Below, one piece after another: positions 36,950-45,903 of a stretch of 64,000 nucleotides of DNA. The stretch is from NCBI GenBank assembly GCA_016186645.1, contig JACPLF010000006.1, forward strand, positions 124,808 to 188,807, written 5' to 3'. This DNA comes from Candidatus Levyibacteriota bacterium (GTDB taxonomy: Bacteria > Patescibacteriota > Microgenomatia > Levybacterales > UBA12049). The position numbers were made by a program, and so were the translations under genes. Under the pieces are notes generated by a model. That model had not been told where the DNA came from and made no database searches. It saw nothing but the letters and a program-made list of their open reading frames with translations. Numbering within the stretch: position 1 is the first letter of the stretch; each line of letters starts with the position of its first letter.

Positions 36950-38062
36950 ATGTTAATAAAGCCTCAAACAACAAATTTCGCAAAGATTAGGGTCATGGGG
37001 ATTGGCGGAGGGGGAATGAATGCCCTTAACTCTATGATTACCTCAAGCGAAGTCAAGGGTGTAGATTTTATTTCAGTTAATACAGATGCGCAGGTTCTTC
37101 TTTTATCCAAAGCCCAAACAAAAATCCAAATAGGTGAAAATTTGACAAAAGGACTAGGAAGCGGGGGAAATCCGGATATAGGACGTCAGGCTGCAGAAGA
37201 ATCTTACGAAAAAATAAAGGAATTTATTGATGGATCGGACATGGTTTTTATAACTGCGGGTATGGGAGGCGGAACAGGAACCGGATCAAGTTCTGTTATT
37301 GCTAGAGCGGCAAAAGAAATCGGAGCTCTGACAGTTGCAGTCGTCACCAAGCCTTTCGCTTTTGAAGGAACCAGAAGAATGGTGGCAGCAGAAGATGGAA
37401 TAGAGGAGCTTCGGGAAAAAGTCGATACATTAATCGTTATTCCAAATCAGAGAATTTTGGATGTTGTTGATAAGAAAGTTTCTCTTCTTGAAGCTTTTAG
37501 AATTGCAGATTCCGTATTAACTCAAGGAGTACAGGGAATTTCGGATTTAATTACCATTCCGGGCCTAATCAATGTTGATTTTGCTGATGTAAAAGCAATT
37601 ATGAGTTCTGCTGGATCAGCTCTTATGGGAATTGGAACCGGATCTGGGGAAAATAGAGCACAAATTGCAGCAAGATCGGCAATCGCATCTCCTCTTTTGG
37701 AAATTTCTATGGATGGAGCGCGCGGAGTCTTGTTTAATATTACCGGAGGACCTGATTTGACAATGACAGAGGTTGATGACGCAGCCAAAATTATTTCAGC
37801 AGCAGCAGATCCGGATGCGAATATTATTTTCGGCGCCACAATTGATGAGGCAATGCATGACCAGATAAAAATTGCAGTTATCGCAACCGGATTTGATCAC
37901 ACCCGCCAAACTCTCAAAGAATTTGTAAAGCCAATTGTGAATATGGCACCCTTGAAGATTGAAGTTAAAGATAGCCAAGAGCCAACGCCACAGGAGCCTC
38001 CTCAGGAGGACAATAACGACGACGCCTGGGACATTCCCGCTTTTTTGAGGCAGAGGAATTAA
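36950..38062 (+). CDS. ftsZ: Cell division protein FtsZ
   Basis: [23 protein letters not shown] signature, NVDFADV, C-terminal DIPAFLR. Confidence 0.99.
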   Translation: MLIKPQTTNFAKIRVMGIGGGGMNALNSMITSSEVKGVDFISVNTDAQVLLLSKAQTKIQIGENLTKGLGSGGNPDIGRQAAEESYEKIKEFIDGSDMVFITAGMGGGTGTGSSSVIARAAKEIGALTVAVVTKPFAFEGTRRMVAAEDGIEELREKVDTLIVIPNQRILDVVDKKVSLLEAFRIADSVLTQGVQGISDLITIPGLINVDFADVKAIMSSAGSALMGIGTGSGENRAQIAARSAIASPLLEISMDGARGVLFNITGGPDLTMTEVDDAAKIISAAADPDANIIFGATIDEAMHDQIKIAVIATGFDHTRQTLKEFVKPIVNMAPLKIEVKDSQEPTPQEPPQEDNNDDAWDIPAFLRQRN

Positions 38063-38091
38063 TCAAAAAAGGGACTTCGCTTCGGCTACAG

Positions 38092-38105
38092 CCCGCATTC
38101 TTAAG
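38092..38105 (+). repeat. Partial displaced copy of the ftsZ 3' end (copy 2)
   Basis: ccc gca ttc tta ag = PAFL, synonymous with ftsZ ccc gct ttt ttg ag. Confidence 0.65.
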
Positions 38106-38152
38106 CTATTGACTTGTTACATTCTTCTGTGGTATAGTATAAATACTAAATC

Positions 38153-38193
38153 GCCCTGTGAGGTCGTAAGACATTTGCAGGGCTTTATTTTTT
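38153..38193 (+). terminator. Terminator-like hairpin in the leader of the NYN gene
   Basis: gccctgtga..gtc-gtaa-gac..ttgcagggc then a T-rich tract; lies after TTGACT(38109)/TGnTATAGT(38133). Confidence 0.55.
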
Positions 38194-38209
38194 GCTGTAA
38201 TATCAACAT

Positions 38210-38746
38210 GTGAAGCAAAAATGTATAATTCTAATCGATGGAAGTAACTTTTATTTCAAGCTTAAAGATTTAGACCTACACAATCTTTTATCTTTTGACT
38301 TCAGTCTTTTCATTCAGCTTATTGCCAGGTCTTGCAAAGTTGTAAATGCATGTTACTATGTTGGCCGAATTAGACAAGATGGAAGCAGTAAAACCAATAA
38401 ACTTTTTGATAGCCAACAAAAATTGCTTGGTAATCTTAAGAAGCATAGTATTTCATATCAGTTTGGTTACTTATTAAAAAGCGGAGGAGCGTATCATGAA
38501 AAAGGTGTTGATGTACAGATTGCAGTAGATATGTTGGTTTCTGCTTACGAAAATGTTGCGGATCGGATTATTCTTGTCTCTTCCGATACTGATTTAGCGC
38601 CTGCAATCAAAAAGGTGCGTGAAAAAGGGAAAATCGTAGAATACATAGGATTTTCCCACAAACCGAGTGTCGCAATGGTTAGTTTTTGTTCGGAATCAAC
38701 ATTATTAAAAAAAGAGGATTTACTACCTTTTATCAAATCTAAATAA
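38210..38746 (+). CDS. NYN/LabA (PIN-like) nuclease
   Basis: IDGSNF, EKGVDVQIAVDM, LVSSDTDL.PAI, GKIVEY. Confidence 0.9.
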   Translation: MKQKCIILIDGSNFYFKLKDLDLHNLLSFDFSLFIQLIARSCKVVNACYYVGRIRQDGSSKTNKLFDSQQKLLGNLKKHSISYQFGYLLKSGGAYHEKGVDVQIAVDMLVSAYENVADRIILVSSDTDLAPAIKKVREKGKIVEYIGFSHKPSVAMVSFCSESTLLKKEDLLPFIKSK

Positions 38747-38847
38747 ATAATCCCTTAGCCTCAAAACCGCGTCGTAATATAGTCATTGTGCGACATGAAT
38801 TTTGTAGTATATAAAAATAAAATATGAAAATGATATAATTCTTAGGA

Positions 38848-39624
38848 ATGAAGAACGACCTTAAAAAACATAACAGTCTTATCCTTCCTACGCCTCAAGA
38901 GCTCAAAAGAATAAGCGTATCTGACAAACGAGCTGCGGTTGCAAAAATCATAGATATTGTTGGAGGTCTATTTCAATATAATACGAAAGAGTGGATTAAG
39001 ACTGGTGGAAATCTCATCTCTGCATGGTTATCTAACGACCTTGGAGGTGAGGCAAGATTTCAAATGCAAAAGTTGCTTGAAACAGGAAAGTCAAAGAAAG
39101 AAGCCTATGAGACAAGAGAGGGATGGACAAACATTTCTGATGTATTTGGTTATCTCTATTCGGACAAAGCACCGAATGCGGTAGTATTTAATGCACTAAA
39201 GGCAATTCAAATTTCAACAACTGAAAGTACTCCAAGCGAAACGGAATTATTGAAGGCAAATTCGTTCATAAGAATAGTGAAATCGCTAAATCCTGATGAT
39301 ATTCGAGTAATGTTTGCAGCTTATGAGCTCTACAAAAAATACAAAAAAGGGGAATCCTCGAAGATTTCCACTTTTCAGGATTGGTATATTGCTATTTCTG
39401 ATATGGTTAATTTGCCAATAGACAGTGTGGTTGATACGAGGATGAAATATGACTCTGCAGTGAATGGCTTTGCGGGTACATCACTCTTCGGATTATCAGA
39501 ACCTTCCTCATCTACAGTCGGAATGCCAAACGCTGGTTTAAACGCTTTGTCCATTGGAATATGTGAAATGGTGGAAAAGGGAAATGAGATGCTACTGTCA
39601 ATTGATGTAGAAGAAGAAAAATAA
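38848..39624 (+). CDS. Hypothetical protein
   Basis: 258-aa ORF with TGnTATAAT 8 nt upstream; no motif recognised. Confidence 0.7.
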   Translation: MKNDLKKHNSLILPTPQELKRISVSDKRAAVAKIIDIVGGLFQYNTKEWIKTGGNLISAWLSNDLGGEARFQMQKLLETGKSKKEAYETREGWTNISDVFGYLYSDKAPNAVVFNALKAIQISTTESTPSETELLKANSFIRIVKSLNPDDIRVMFAAYELYKKYKKGESSKISTFQDWYIAISDMVNLPIDSVVDTRMKYDSAVNGFAGTSLFGLSEPSSSTVGMPNAGLNALSIGICEMVEKGNEMLLSIDVEEEK

Positions 39625-39773
39625 GCATGAGTTCGTATATGCTTCAAGTCTTTAATTTTTAATTGACTTCTTTCTGTCAAACTGTTAAATTCTATTTGAA
39701 GACTTAAAAAGGTAAACACTTCAATCGGGTGCTTTTTAAGATTGTAGCTTCAAAAGTAGGGAATGACTTATAA

Positions 39774-39803
39774 ATCCCCGCTTTTTTGAGACAAAGAAAT
39801 TAG
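39774..39803 (+). repeat. Displaced copy of the ftsZ 3' end (copy 3)
   Basis: atc ccc gct ttt ttg aga caa aga aat tag = IPAFLRQRN*; 5 differences from 38033-38062, all silent. Confidence 0.92.
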
Positions 39804-39833
39804 TCAAAAAAGTGGACGTCGCTGCTGCTCCAG

Positions 39834-39860
39834 CCCGCCTTTCTAAGACAGAGGAATTAA
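39834..39860 (+). repeat. Displaced copy of the ftsZ 3' end (copy 4)
   Basis: ccc gcc ttt cta aga cag agg aat taa = PAFLRQRN*; all differences silent. Confidence 0.92.
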
Positions 39861-39910
39861 ATTTCATTTGGATCTTGACTTTTTCAATTCTGGTTGCTAG
39901 AATGAGCCAA

Positions 39911-40480
39911 ATGAATAGACAAGAAACCGAATATTCAGAACCATTAGTTCATGCTGAAAGCCTAAGTACATTGGAACGTGAAACTGCCAGCGAGTTTGGC
40001 GCAATGGTAGATGGATTATTGAGAGATGCGCCGAATGTTGCCGTTCAAGGAAGATATGCGCATGATAAACCGTCCATAAACAAGGGTATAGAATTCGAAT
40101 TCGGAAATAGCACTGTAAAAGCCTCGTTTTTTGAAAGCTTTGGATCACCCCCCGCTTATCGTCTTGAAATCATAACTCCTATTATTGTTGACAATTTGCA
40201 ACACGATTCAAATTCAAGGTTAGGATTATCTCCTCTAAATCCGCATGAATTTGTCGAATTTAGAGGAGATCCTCAAGCTGGGTCGGTTTCTGTGCGGGTA
40301 CGAGCAGTCGATCAGTTAGATCATTCTGGTAACGAAATGACCCTTACTAGATATACTGCAGGAGGTCTACTGCCGCCAATTAATACTTTAGGAGAAGGTA
40401 AAATCGAAGCATTCGAGAGCGTAATTAAGTTATTTAAGAATGTAGTTCCTCAGAACCCAGTTTATAGAAAACGATTCTAG
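39911..40480 (+). CDS. Hypothetical protein
   Basis: In frame with track ORF 39812-40480; TTGACT(39875)-17-TAGAAT(39898) favours a start at ATG 39911. Confidence 0.65.
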   Translation: MNRQETEYSEPLVHAESLSTLERETASEFGAMVDGLLRDAPNVAVQGRYAHDKPSINKGIEFEFGNSTVKASFFESFGSPPAYRLEIITPIIVDNLQHDSNSRLGLSPLNPHEFVEFRGDPQAGSVSVRVRAVDQLDHSGNEMTLTRYTAGGLLPPINTLGEGKIEAFESVIKLFKNVVPQNPVYRKRF

Positions 40481-40492
40481 CTACTTGCAAAT

Positions 40493-40519
40493 GCCGCATT
40501 TTTAAGACAGAGGAATTAG
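40493..40519 (+). repeat. Displaced copy of the ftsZ 3' end (copy 5)
   Basis: gcc gca ttt tta aga cag agg aat tag = AAFLRQRN*. Confidence 0.9.
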
Positions 40520-41127
40520 AAGCCGAGCTTTTCTTTGACGAGGATTAAAGTTAATCTGTTTGGAGAAATTTCTTTATTTATTATTAAAAGCTTGCTTACA
40601 TTACTTTCAACTCCATAAATTTTTCTTAATCTTTTCGATTCAAGAGGCAAAACATATTCATAAATTCTCTTCAAACCTTCATCCAAATGTGCAACTATTT
40701 TTTGAGTACCGACAATCCAAATAACATGAGAAGCTGCATAAGCATATGCAGGCAATTGGCTTCCTGTATTTGAAGCAATTATTACTTTTCCATCTTCTGT
40801 CACAGCGTGTATGCTCCCAACAGCGTATTCTGGTGCAGTTCCGATCCTCTGCATTTCTCTGTCTTGAGTTGCCCGATACATTTTTGAAAGTTTATTCTTG
40901 ACAGAGTCATATTTGCCCGATTCATTTATCTCCTTGGGAAGGCCTAAAGTATCAATGGTAACAGAACTCATATTCATTACTTCAGCTCCCTGAGGTAATA
41001 ATTCTAACACTTTATTTTTCGCTTCAATTCCATTATCAACAACAAGCGCGTCAATCCCATTAGCTTTTAAATTTTCAATAGTTTTTGCGATTGATTCATC
41101 GTCGGCCAATTCACTCCAATTTTTCAT
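40516..41127 (-). CDS. LUD-domain (LutC/YkgG-like) protein
   Basis: AVGSIHAVTEDG.VIIASNTGSQL, IWIVGTQKIV, ILVKEKLGF. Confidence 0.8.
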   Translation of the reverse strand: MKNWSELADDESIAKTIENLKANGIDALVVDNGIEAKNKVLELLPQGAEVMNMSSVTIDTLGLPKEINESGKYDSVKNKLSKMYRATQDREMQRIGTAPEYAVGSIHAVTEDGKVIIASNTGSQLPAYAYAASHVIWIVGTQKIVAHLDEGLKRIYEYVLPLESKRLRKIYGVESNVSKLLIINKEISPNRLTLILVKEKLGF

Positions 41128-41228
41128 AATCTAAGTATATCACGTTCTTGATACAGTATAGCTTTTAAGCTACAATTAAATCTATGTTCACCCCGTTACA
41201 GATACGGGGAAGTTTTATTGTTTTGTTT

Positions 41229-44180
41229 ATGAAAAAAGATAAATCTGTAACGGGGTTCAAGCCTGTAAATCCCAAAGTTGATTTTCCAAAATTGGAGAGA
41301 GATCTTCTTGAAAAATGGTACAAAAGCGGAATTGTTGATAAATATTTAAAGAAAAATAGCTCTTCGAAAGAAAAGTTTTCTTTTCTAGATGGTCCAATAA
41401 CTGCAAATAATCCAATGGGCGTTCATCATGCATGGGGAAGAACATATAAAGATTTTTGGCAAAGATTTTGGAATATGAATGGAAAAAAACAAAGATTTCA
41501 GAACGGATTTGACGAGCAAGGACTTTGGGTGGAAGTAGAAGTAGAAAAAGAATTAGCACTCAGAAATAAAAAAGAAATAGAAAATCTTATTCCCGGCGAC
41601 AAATTCAAGAGCTTGGAAAAATTTATTAATCTTTGCAAGGAGAGGGTAAAAAAATTTTCTGCGATCCAAACGGAACAATCAAAAAGACTTGGGTATTTTA
41701 TGGATTGGAACAATTCTTACCATACTTCTTCTGATGCAAATAATTACGCAATTTGGAATTTCCTAAAAGTTGTCAATGAGAAAGGTTGGTTGTACAAAGG
41801 ACATGATACAGTTCCTTGGTGTCCAAGGTGTGGAACTGCAATCTCTCAGCACGAAATTCTAACTGAAGATTATAGGGTTGTTAATCACGAAACCGTCTTA
41901 TTTAAATTACCTGTTTTGAATGAAGATTATAGTTTGCTTGTTTGGACAACAACCCCATGGACGATTCCAGCAAACGTCTCTGTGGCTGTTAACCCAAAGT
42001 TTAAATATAGAGTCTGGGAATATAAGGGTGAAAAGCTAATCATTGTTTCTCCAGATGAAATAAGAAAAAAAGGAAAAAGTTCGGAATATGATACTGAGCA
42101 ATTTCAGTGGTACGAAGACAATATAATCAAGGCAGGTTTTGAACATAAAGGAGGAGTTGACGATATTGACGGTAAAGACTTAGTCGGTAAAAAATATAAA
42201 GGTCCATTTGATTCTCTCGCTAGGGTTGAAAAGGCTAAGCTTGAAAACCCCGAGACTTTCCACGTTATTGTTGCTGCAGAAGACTTGGTAGTTGGAAATA
42301 AAGGAACTGGATTGCTTCATCTGGCTCCTGCGGCTGGGGAGGAAGACTTTAAAATTGCTAAGGATAAAAAGTTATCAATAATTGAAGTTATAGATGAAGA
42401 AGCAAATTATTTAAATGATATGGGCGAATTCAGTGGAAGAAACGCCAAGAAACATCCAGAAATAATTGTGGATTTCTTGAAGAATAAGGAGGATGGCAAA
42501 TTTCTCCATGCAACACCCAAAATTGAGCATCGTTATCCAATTTGTTGGAGATGTAAAAAGGAGCTTGTTTGGAGAGTAGTTGATGAATGGTATATAGCAA
42601 TGGACCGCCCTTCGCTTAAAGCTTCGGACGGCAAATCAACCTTCAGAGAAATGATGATAGGAGTTGCAAGAAAAATCACTTGGATGCCGGATTGGGGATT
42701 AGATCGTGAGTTGGATTGGCTCAAGAATATGCACGATTGGCTTATTAGTAAAAAAAGATATTGGGGACTAGCTTTACCCATTTGGGAATGCAATAAATGT
42801 GGAAATTTTGAAGTAATTGGCTCAAAAGATGATTTGAAAAATAAAGCTGTTGAAGGATGGAAAAAGTTTGAGGGCAATAGTCCACATAGGCCATGGGTGG
42901 ATCAAGTAAAAATTAAATGCAGTAAATGCGGTGAAAAAATTTCAAGAATTCCAGATGTGGGAAATCCTTGGCTTGACGCTGGAATTGTTCCCTTCTCAAC
43001 TTTGCCAAATGAATGGTTCCCGGCAGATTTTATTACGGAAAGTTTTCCGGGACAATTTAAGAATTGGTTTTACTCTTTAATTGCAATGAGCACGGCACTA
43101 AAAAATACAAACTCTTTTGAGAGAGTGCTTGGGTTTGGATCTGTAAGAGATGAAAAAGGAGAAGAAATGCACAAGAGTAAAGGTAATTCCATTGAATTTA
43201 ATGAAGCGGCAGACAAGGCAGGAGTAGATGTTATGAGGTGGTTATATCTTAGAACAAATCCTGAGCATAATGTAAATTTTGGATACGGAGTCCTAGATGA
43301 ATTGAGACGCATGTTCGTTATAAAACTGTGGAATGTATATAGTTTTTTTGTGACTTACACGAATTTTTACAAATTTGATCCTTCCAAAATGGAATTTGAA
43401 TCCGAAAGCATTTTGGATAAGTGGATATTGTCTAGAATGAACGGAAGTATTTCAAATATAACTCGTTCTGTAGAAAAATACGATGCCATGGATGCAATGG
43501 GGTTGATAGAAATATTTATTGATGATCTTTCCAATTGGTATGTGAGGAGAAGTAGGGAAAGAGTTAAAGAAAATAGTCAAGATGCAAAGGATACTCTAAA
43601 GACTTTATGGACTGTATTAACTACTTATTCTAAAGTGCTTGCTCCGTTCGTGCCGTTTATGTCTGACGAAATTTTTACAAATCTTACAGCTGAGGAATCA
43701 GTTCACTTATCTGATTGGCCAAAGTCCAACTCAAAACTAATTGTGAATGAACTGGAAAAACAAATGGCCTGGGCCAGAGTTATATCTTCGGGAATTTTAG
43801 AGCTTCGTAAGTCTAACAATATCAAAGTTAGGATTCCGCTTCGTGAATTAAATTATAACGGACCAGTAGAATTATCAAAAGAAATCTTACAAATAGTCCT
43901 TGAAGAAACAAATGTCTATAAATTGAAGTACATTGGTAAAAAGGATGAATTTGGTTTGGGGGGCGATGTGGATGAGGAAAATCAAGATATTGATGCTGGG
44001 GAAGCAAGAGATATTGTTAGAAGAATTCAAGCCGAGAGAAAAACATTAGGTACGACATTTGATGAAAAAGTAAATGTAATTATTGAAAATTGGCCAAAAG
44101 AATTTGAAGAAGATATAAAGAAAAAAGCGATGGTCGGGAGTCTGCAAAAAGGTCCGAAATTCCTAGTTACTCGCAAATGA
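41229..44180 (+). CDS. ileS: Isoleucine--tRNA ligase (type 2-like)
   Basis: LDGPITAN, GVHH (HIGH), WTTTPWT, HRYPICWRC, DWLISKKRYWG, EMHKSKGN (KMSKS); alternative start 41184. Confidence 0.93.
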   Translation: MKKDKSVTGFKPVNPKVDFPKLERDLLEKWYKSGIVDKYLKKNSSSKEKFSFLDGPITANNPMGVHHAWGRTYKDFWQRFWNMNGKKQRFQNGFDEQGLWVEVEVEKELALRNKKEIENLIPGDKFKSLEKFINLCKERVKKFSAIQTEQSKRLGYFMDWNNSYHTSSDANNYAIWNFLKVVNEKGWLYKGHDTVPWCPRCGTAISQHEILTEDYRVVNHETVLFKLPVLNEDYSLLVWTTTPWTIPANVSVAVNPKFKYRVWEYKGEKLIIVSPDEIRKKGKSSEYDTEQFQWYEDNIIKAGFEHKGGVDDIDGKDLVGKKYKGPFDSLARVEKAKLENPETFHVIVAAEDLVVGNKGTGLLHLAPAAGEEDFKIAKDKKLSIIEVIDEEANYLNDMGEFSGRNAKKHPEIIVDFLKNKEDGKFLHATPKIEHRYPICWRCKKELVWRVVDEWYIAMDRPSLKASDGKSTFREMMIGVARKITWMPDWGLDRELDWLKNMHDWLISKKRYWGLALPIWECNKCGNFEVIGSKDDLKNKAVEGWKKFEGNSPHRPWVDQVKIKCSKCGEKISRIPDVGNPWLDAGIVPFSTLPNEWFPADFITESFPGQFKNWFYSLIAMSTALKNTNSFERVLGFGSVRDEKGEEMHKSKGNSIEFNEAADKAGVDVMRWLYLRTNPEHNVNFGYGVLDELRRMFVIKLWNVYSFFVTYTNFYKFDPSKMEFESESILDKWILSRMNGSISNITRSVEKYDAMDAMGLIEIFIDDLSNWYVRRSRERVKENSQDAKDTLKTLWTVLTTYSKVLAPFVPFMSDEIFTNLTAEESVHLSDWPKSNSKLIVNELEKQMAWARVISSGILELRKSNNIKVRIPLRELNYNGPVELSKEILQIVLEETNVYKLKYIGKKDEFGLGGDVDEENQDIDAGEARDIVRRIQAERKTLGTTFDEKVNVIIENWPKEFEEDIKKKAMVGSLQKGPKFLVTRK

Positions 44181-45253
44181 AAAAGTCATTATTTAATATT
44201 GATTGGGGATTGATCGCTCCGGTGATTATTTTGATCATTTTAAGCCTCACCACTCTGTTTTCAGTAGATTTTTCTTTATTTAAAAGCCAGTTGACGTTTT
44301 TTATTCTTGGAATTTTTGCATTTATGTTTTTTTCTCAGACCAATTATAAAAGCATAAAAATATATTCAGCACCTATATACATAGTTTCTATTGTTTTATT
44401 GCTGATCGTTTTAATTGTAGGTTTGGAAACAAGGGGATCAGTTAGGTGGATAGAGCTTTTGGGTTTTAGGGTACAATTTTCGGAAATTCTCAAACCTTTT
44501 CTAGCGATTTCTCTTGCCTCGTATTTGTCTTCCGGAAATAATTACTCTCTAAGAACAGCATTCATAGCAACTTGTTTTTTGATGCCGATATTTTTTTTGG
44601 TATTCTTGCAGCCTGATTTGGGAAATGCCTTGATCTACTTCCTAGTCACTGCTTTAACTTTTCTCATCTTTGGTTTTCCTCTGAGAATCTTTCTCTCAGG
44701 AATAGTCATATTAACGATTCTGTCTCCTATAATCTGGAAATTTTTACATGATTACCAAAGACATCGCGTGCTTACTTTCTTGAATCCCAATGATCCATTG
44801 GGCTTGTCTTACAACGCTATTCAGTCGGTCATAGCAGTTGGATCGGGGATGCTTTTTGGACGTGGGTTGGGTTTGGGGACCCAGTCTGGTCTTCGGTTTC
44901 TTCCCGAAAGGCACACTGATTTTATTTTCGCAACATTGTCTGAGGAATTAGGCTTGATCGGGTCTACTTTGGTAGTTCTGACATTTGCATTTTTGTTGTA
45001 TAGAATTTTTGTAATTTTTATAAATCAAGAAGATTTATTTGGGAAAATATTTTCTATTGTGGCATTTTCGCTGATTTTTTTTCAATTCTTCGTAAATATC
45101 GGCATGAATATAGGCATTCTTCCAATAGTTGGAATTACTTTGCCTTTCGTATCCTATGGAGGAAGTTCTTTGCTTTCCAGCTTTATCCTCTTGGGAATAC
45201 TTTCCTCAATGAGTAGAGGGGATGCCTCGAAAAAAGTTCTGGAAATTAGATAA
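44177..45253 (+). CDS. rodA: SEDS peptidoglycan polymerase RodA
   Basis: GSVRWI, QPDLGN, YQRHRV, IQSVIAVGSG, LPERHTDFIF, LPFVSYGGSS. Confidence 0.92.
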   Translation: MKKSLFNIDWGLIAPVIILIILSLTTLFSVDFSLFKSQLTFFILGIFAFMFFSQTNYKSIKIYSAPIYIVSIVLLLIVLIVGLETRGSVRWIELLGFRVQFSEILKPFLAISLASYLSSGNNYSLRTAFIATCFLMPIFFLVFLQPDLGNALIYFLVTALTFLIFGFPLRIFLSGIVILTILSPIIWKFLHDYQRHRVLTFLNPNDPLGLSYNAIQSVIAVGSGMLFGRGLGLGTQSGLRFLPERHTDFIFATLSEELGLIGSTLVVLTFAFLLYRIFVIFINQEDLFGKIFSIVAFSLIFFQFFVNIGMNIGILPIVGITLPFVSYGGSSLLSSFILLGILSSMSRGDASKKVLEIR

Positions 45254-45276
45254 GCTTTTTGCTATAATCTATCTTT

Positions 45277-45603
45277 ATGGAATACGCGGTTATTAAAACA
45301 GGCGGAAAACAGTACAAGGTTTCAAAAGATCAAATAATTGAGGTTGAAAGACTTCCTTTTAAAGAAGGCGAAAATTTCTCTTTTGAGGGAGTGCTCCTGC
45401 ATGTAACAGATGGAGCTGTGAAATTGGGAAAGCCAAGAGTAGCCGGAGCAGCAGTCAAGGCAGCAGTTGTAAAGCATTTTAAGGGAGATAAACTTCGAAT
45501 ATCCAAATTCAAGGCAAAATCCAAATACAGGAGGGTTACAGGTCATAGACAATATCTTACAAGAATTAGAATTCTTGATATCTTGACATCCGTGAAAAAT
45601 TAA
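45277..45603 (+). CDS. rplU: 50S ribosomal protein L21
   Basis: YAVIKTGGKQYKV, GHRQYLT. Confidence 0.97.
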   Translation: MEYAVIKTGGKQYKVSKDQIIEVERLPFKEGENFSFEGVLLHVTDGAVKLGKPRVAGAAVKAAVVKHFKGDKLRISKFKAKSKYRRVTGHRQYLTRIRILDILTSVKN

Positions 45604-45638
45604 ATTAGAATAAATCAACTTTTCACGAGGGAAAACCT

Positions 45639-45890
45639 ATGGCACATACAAAAGCGCAAGGTTCAGTTAAGGGAAACAGAGATTCAAGAGCAAAGCGTTT
45701 AGGCGTCAAGTTATATGATGGTCAAAAAGTTGCCAAAGGTAATATTATAATGAGGCAAAAAGGAACAAAGCTTTTCAAAGGCGCGGGAGTTTCTATGGGA
45801 AATGATTTTACCCTCTTTGCAGTAGAAGACGGAATTGTGAATTTCAAGAATTCTCGCGGTAGGAAAATCATAAGCGTTGTAAGTTCATAG
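45639..45890 (+). CDS. rpmA: 50S ribosomal protein L27
   Basis: [29 protein letters not shown]. Confidence 0.97.
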   Translation: MAHTKAQGSVKGNRDSRAKRLGVKLYDGQKVAKGNIIMRQKGTKLFKGAGVSMGNDFTLFAVEDGIVNFKNSRGRKIISVVSS

Positions 45891-45903
45891 TAAGAACCAT
45901 TTT

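Noticed and set aside
39812-39910. N-terminal extension of the 222-aa ORF
   Set aside because: Runs through the ftsZ-tail repeat and the gene's own promoter
38033-40519. CRISPR array or classical integron
   Set aside because: Spacing is irregular (about 30 bp to 1.7 kb), the repeats are recoded ftsZ codons, and no cas genes, intI or attC-type RYYYAAC...GTTRRRY sites were recognised
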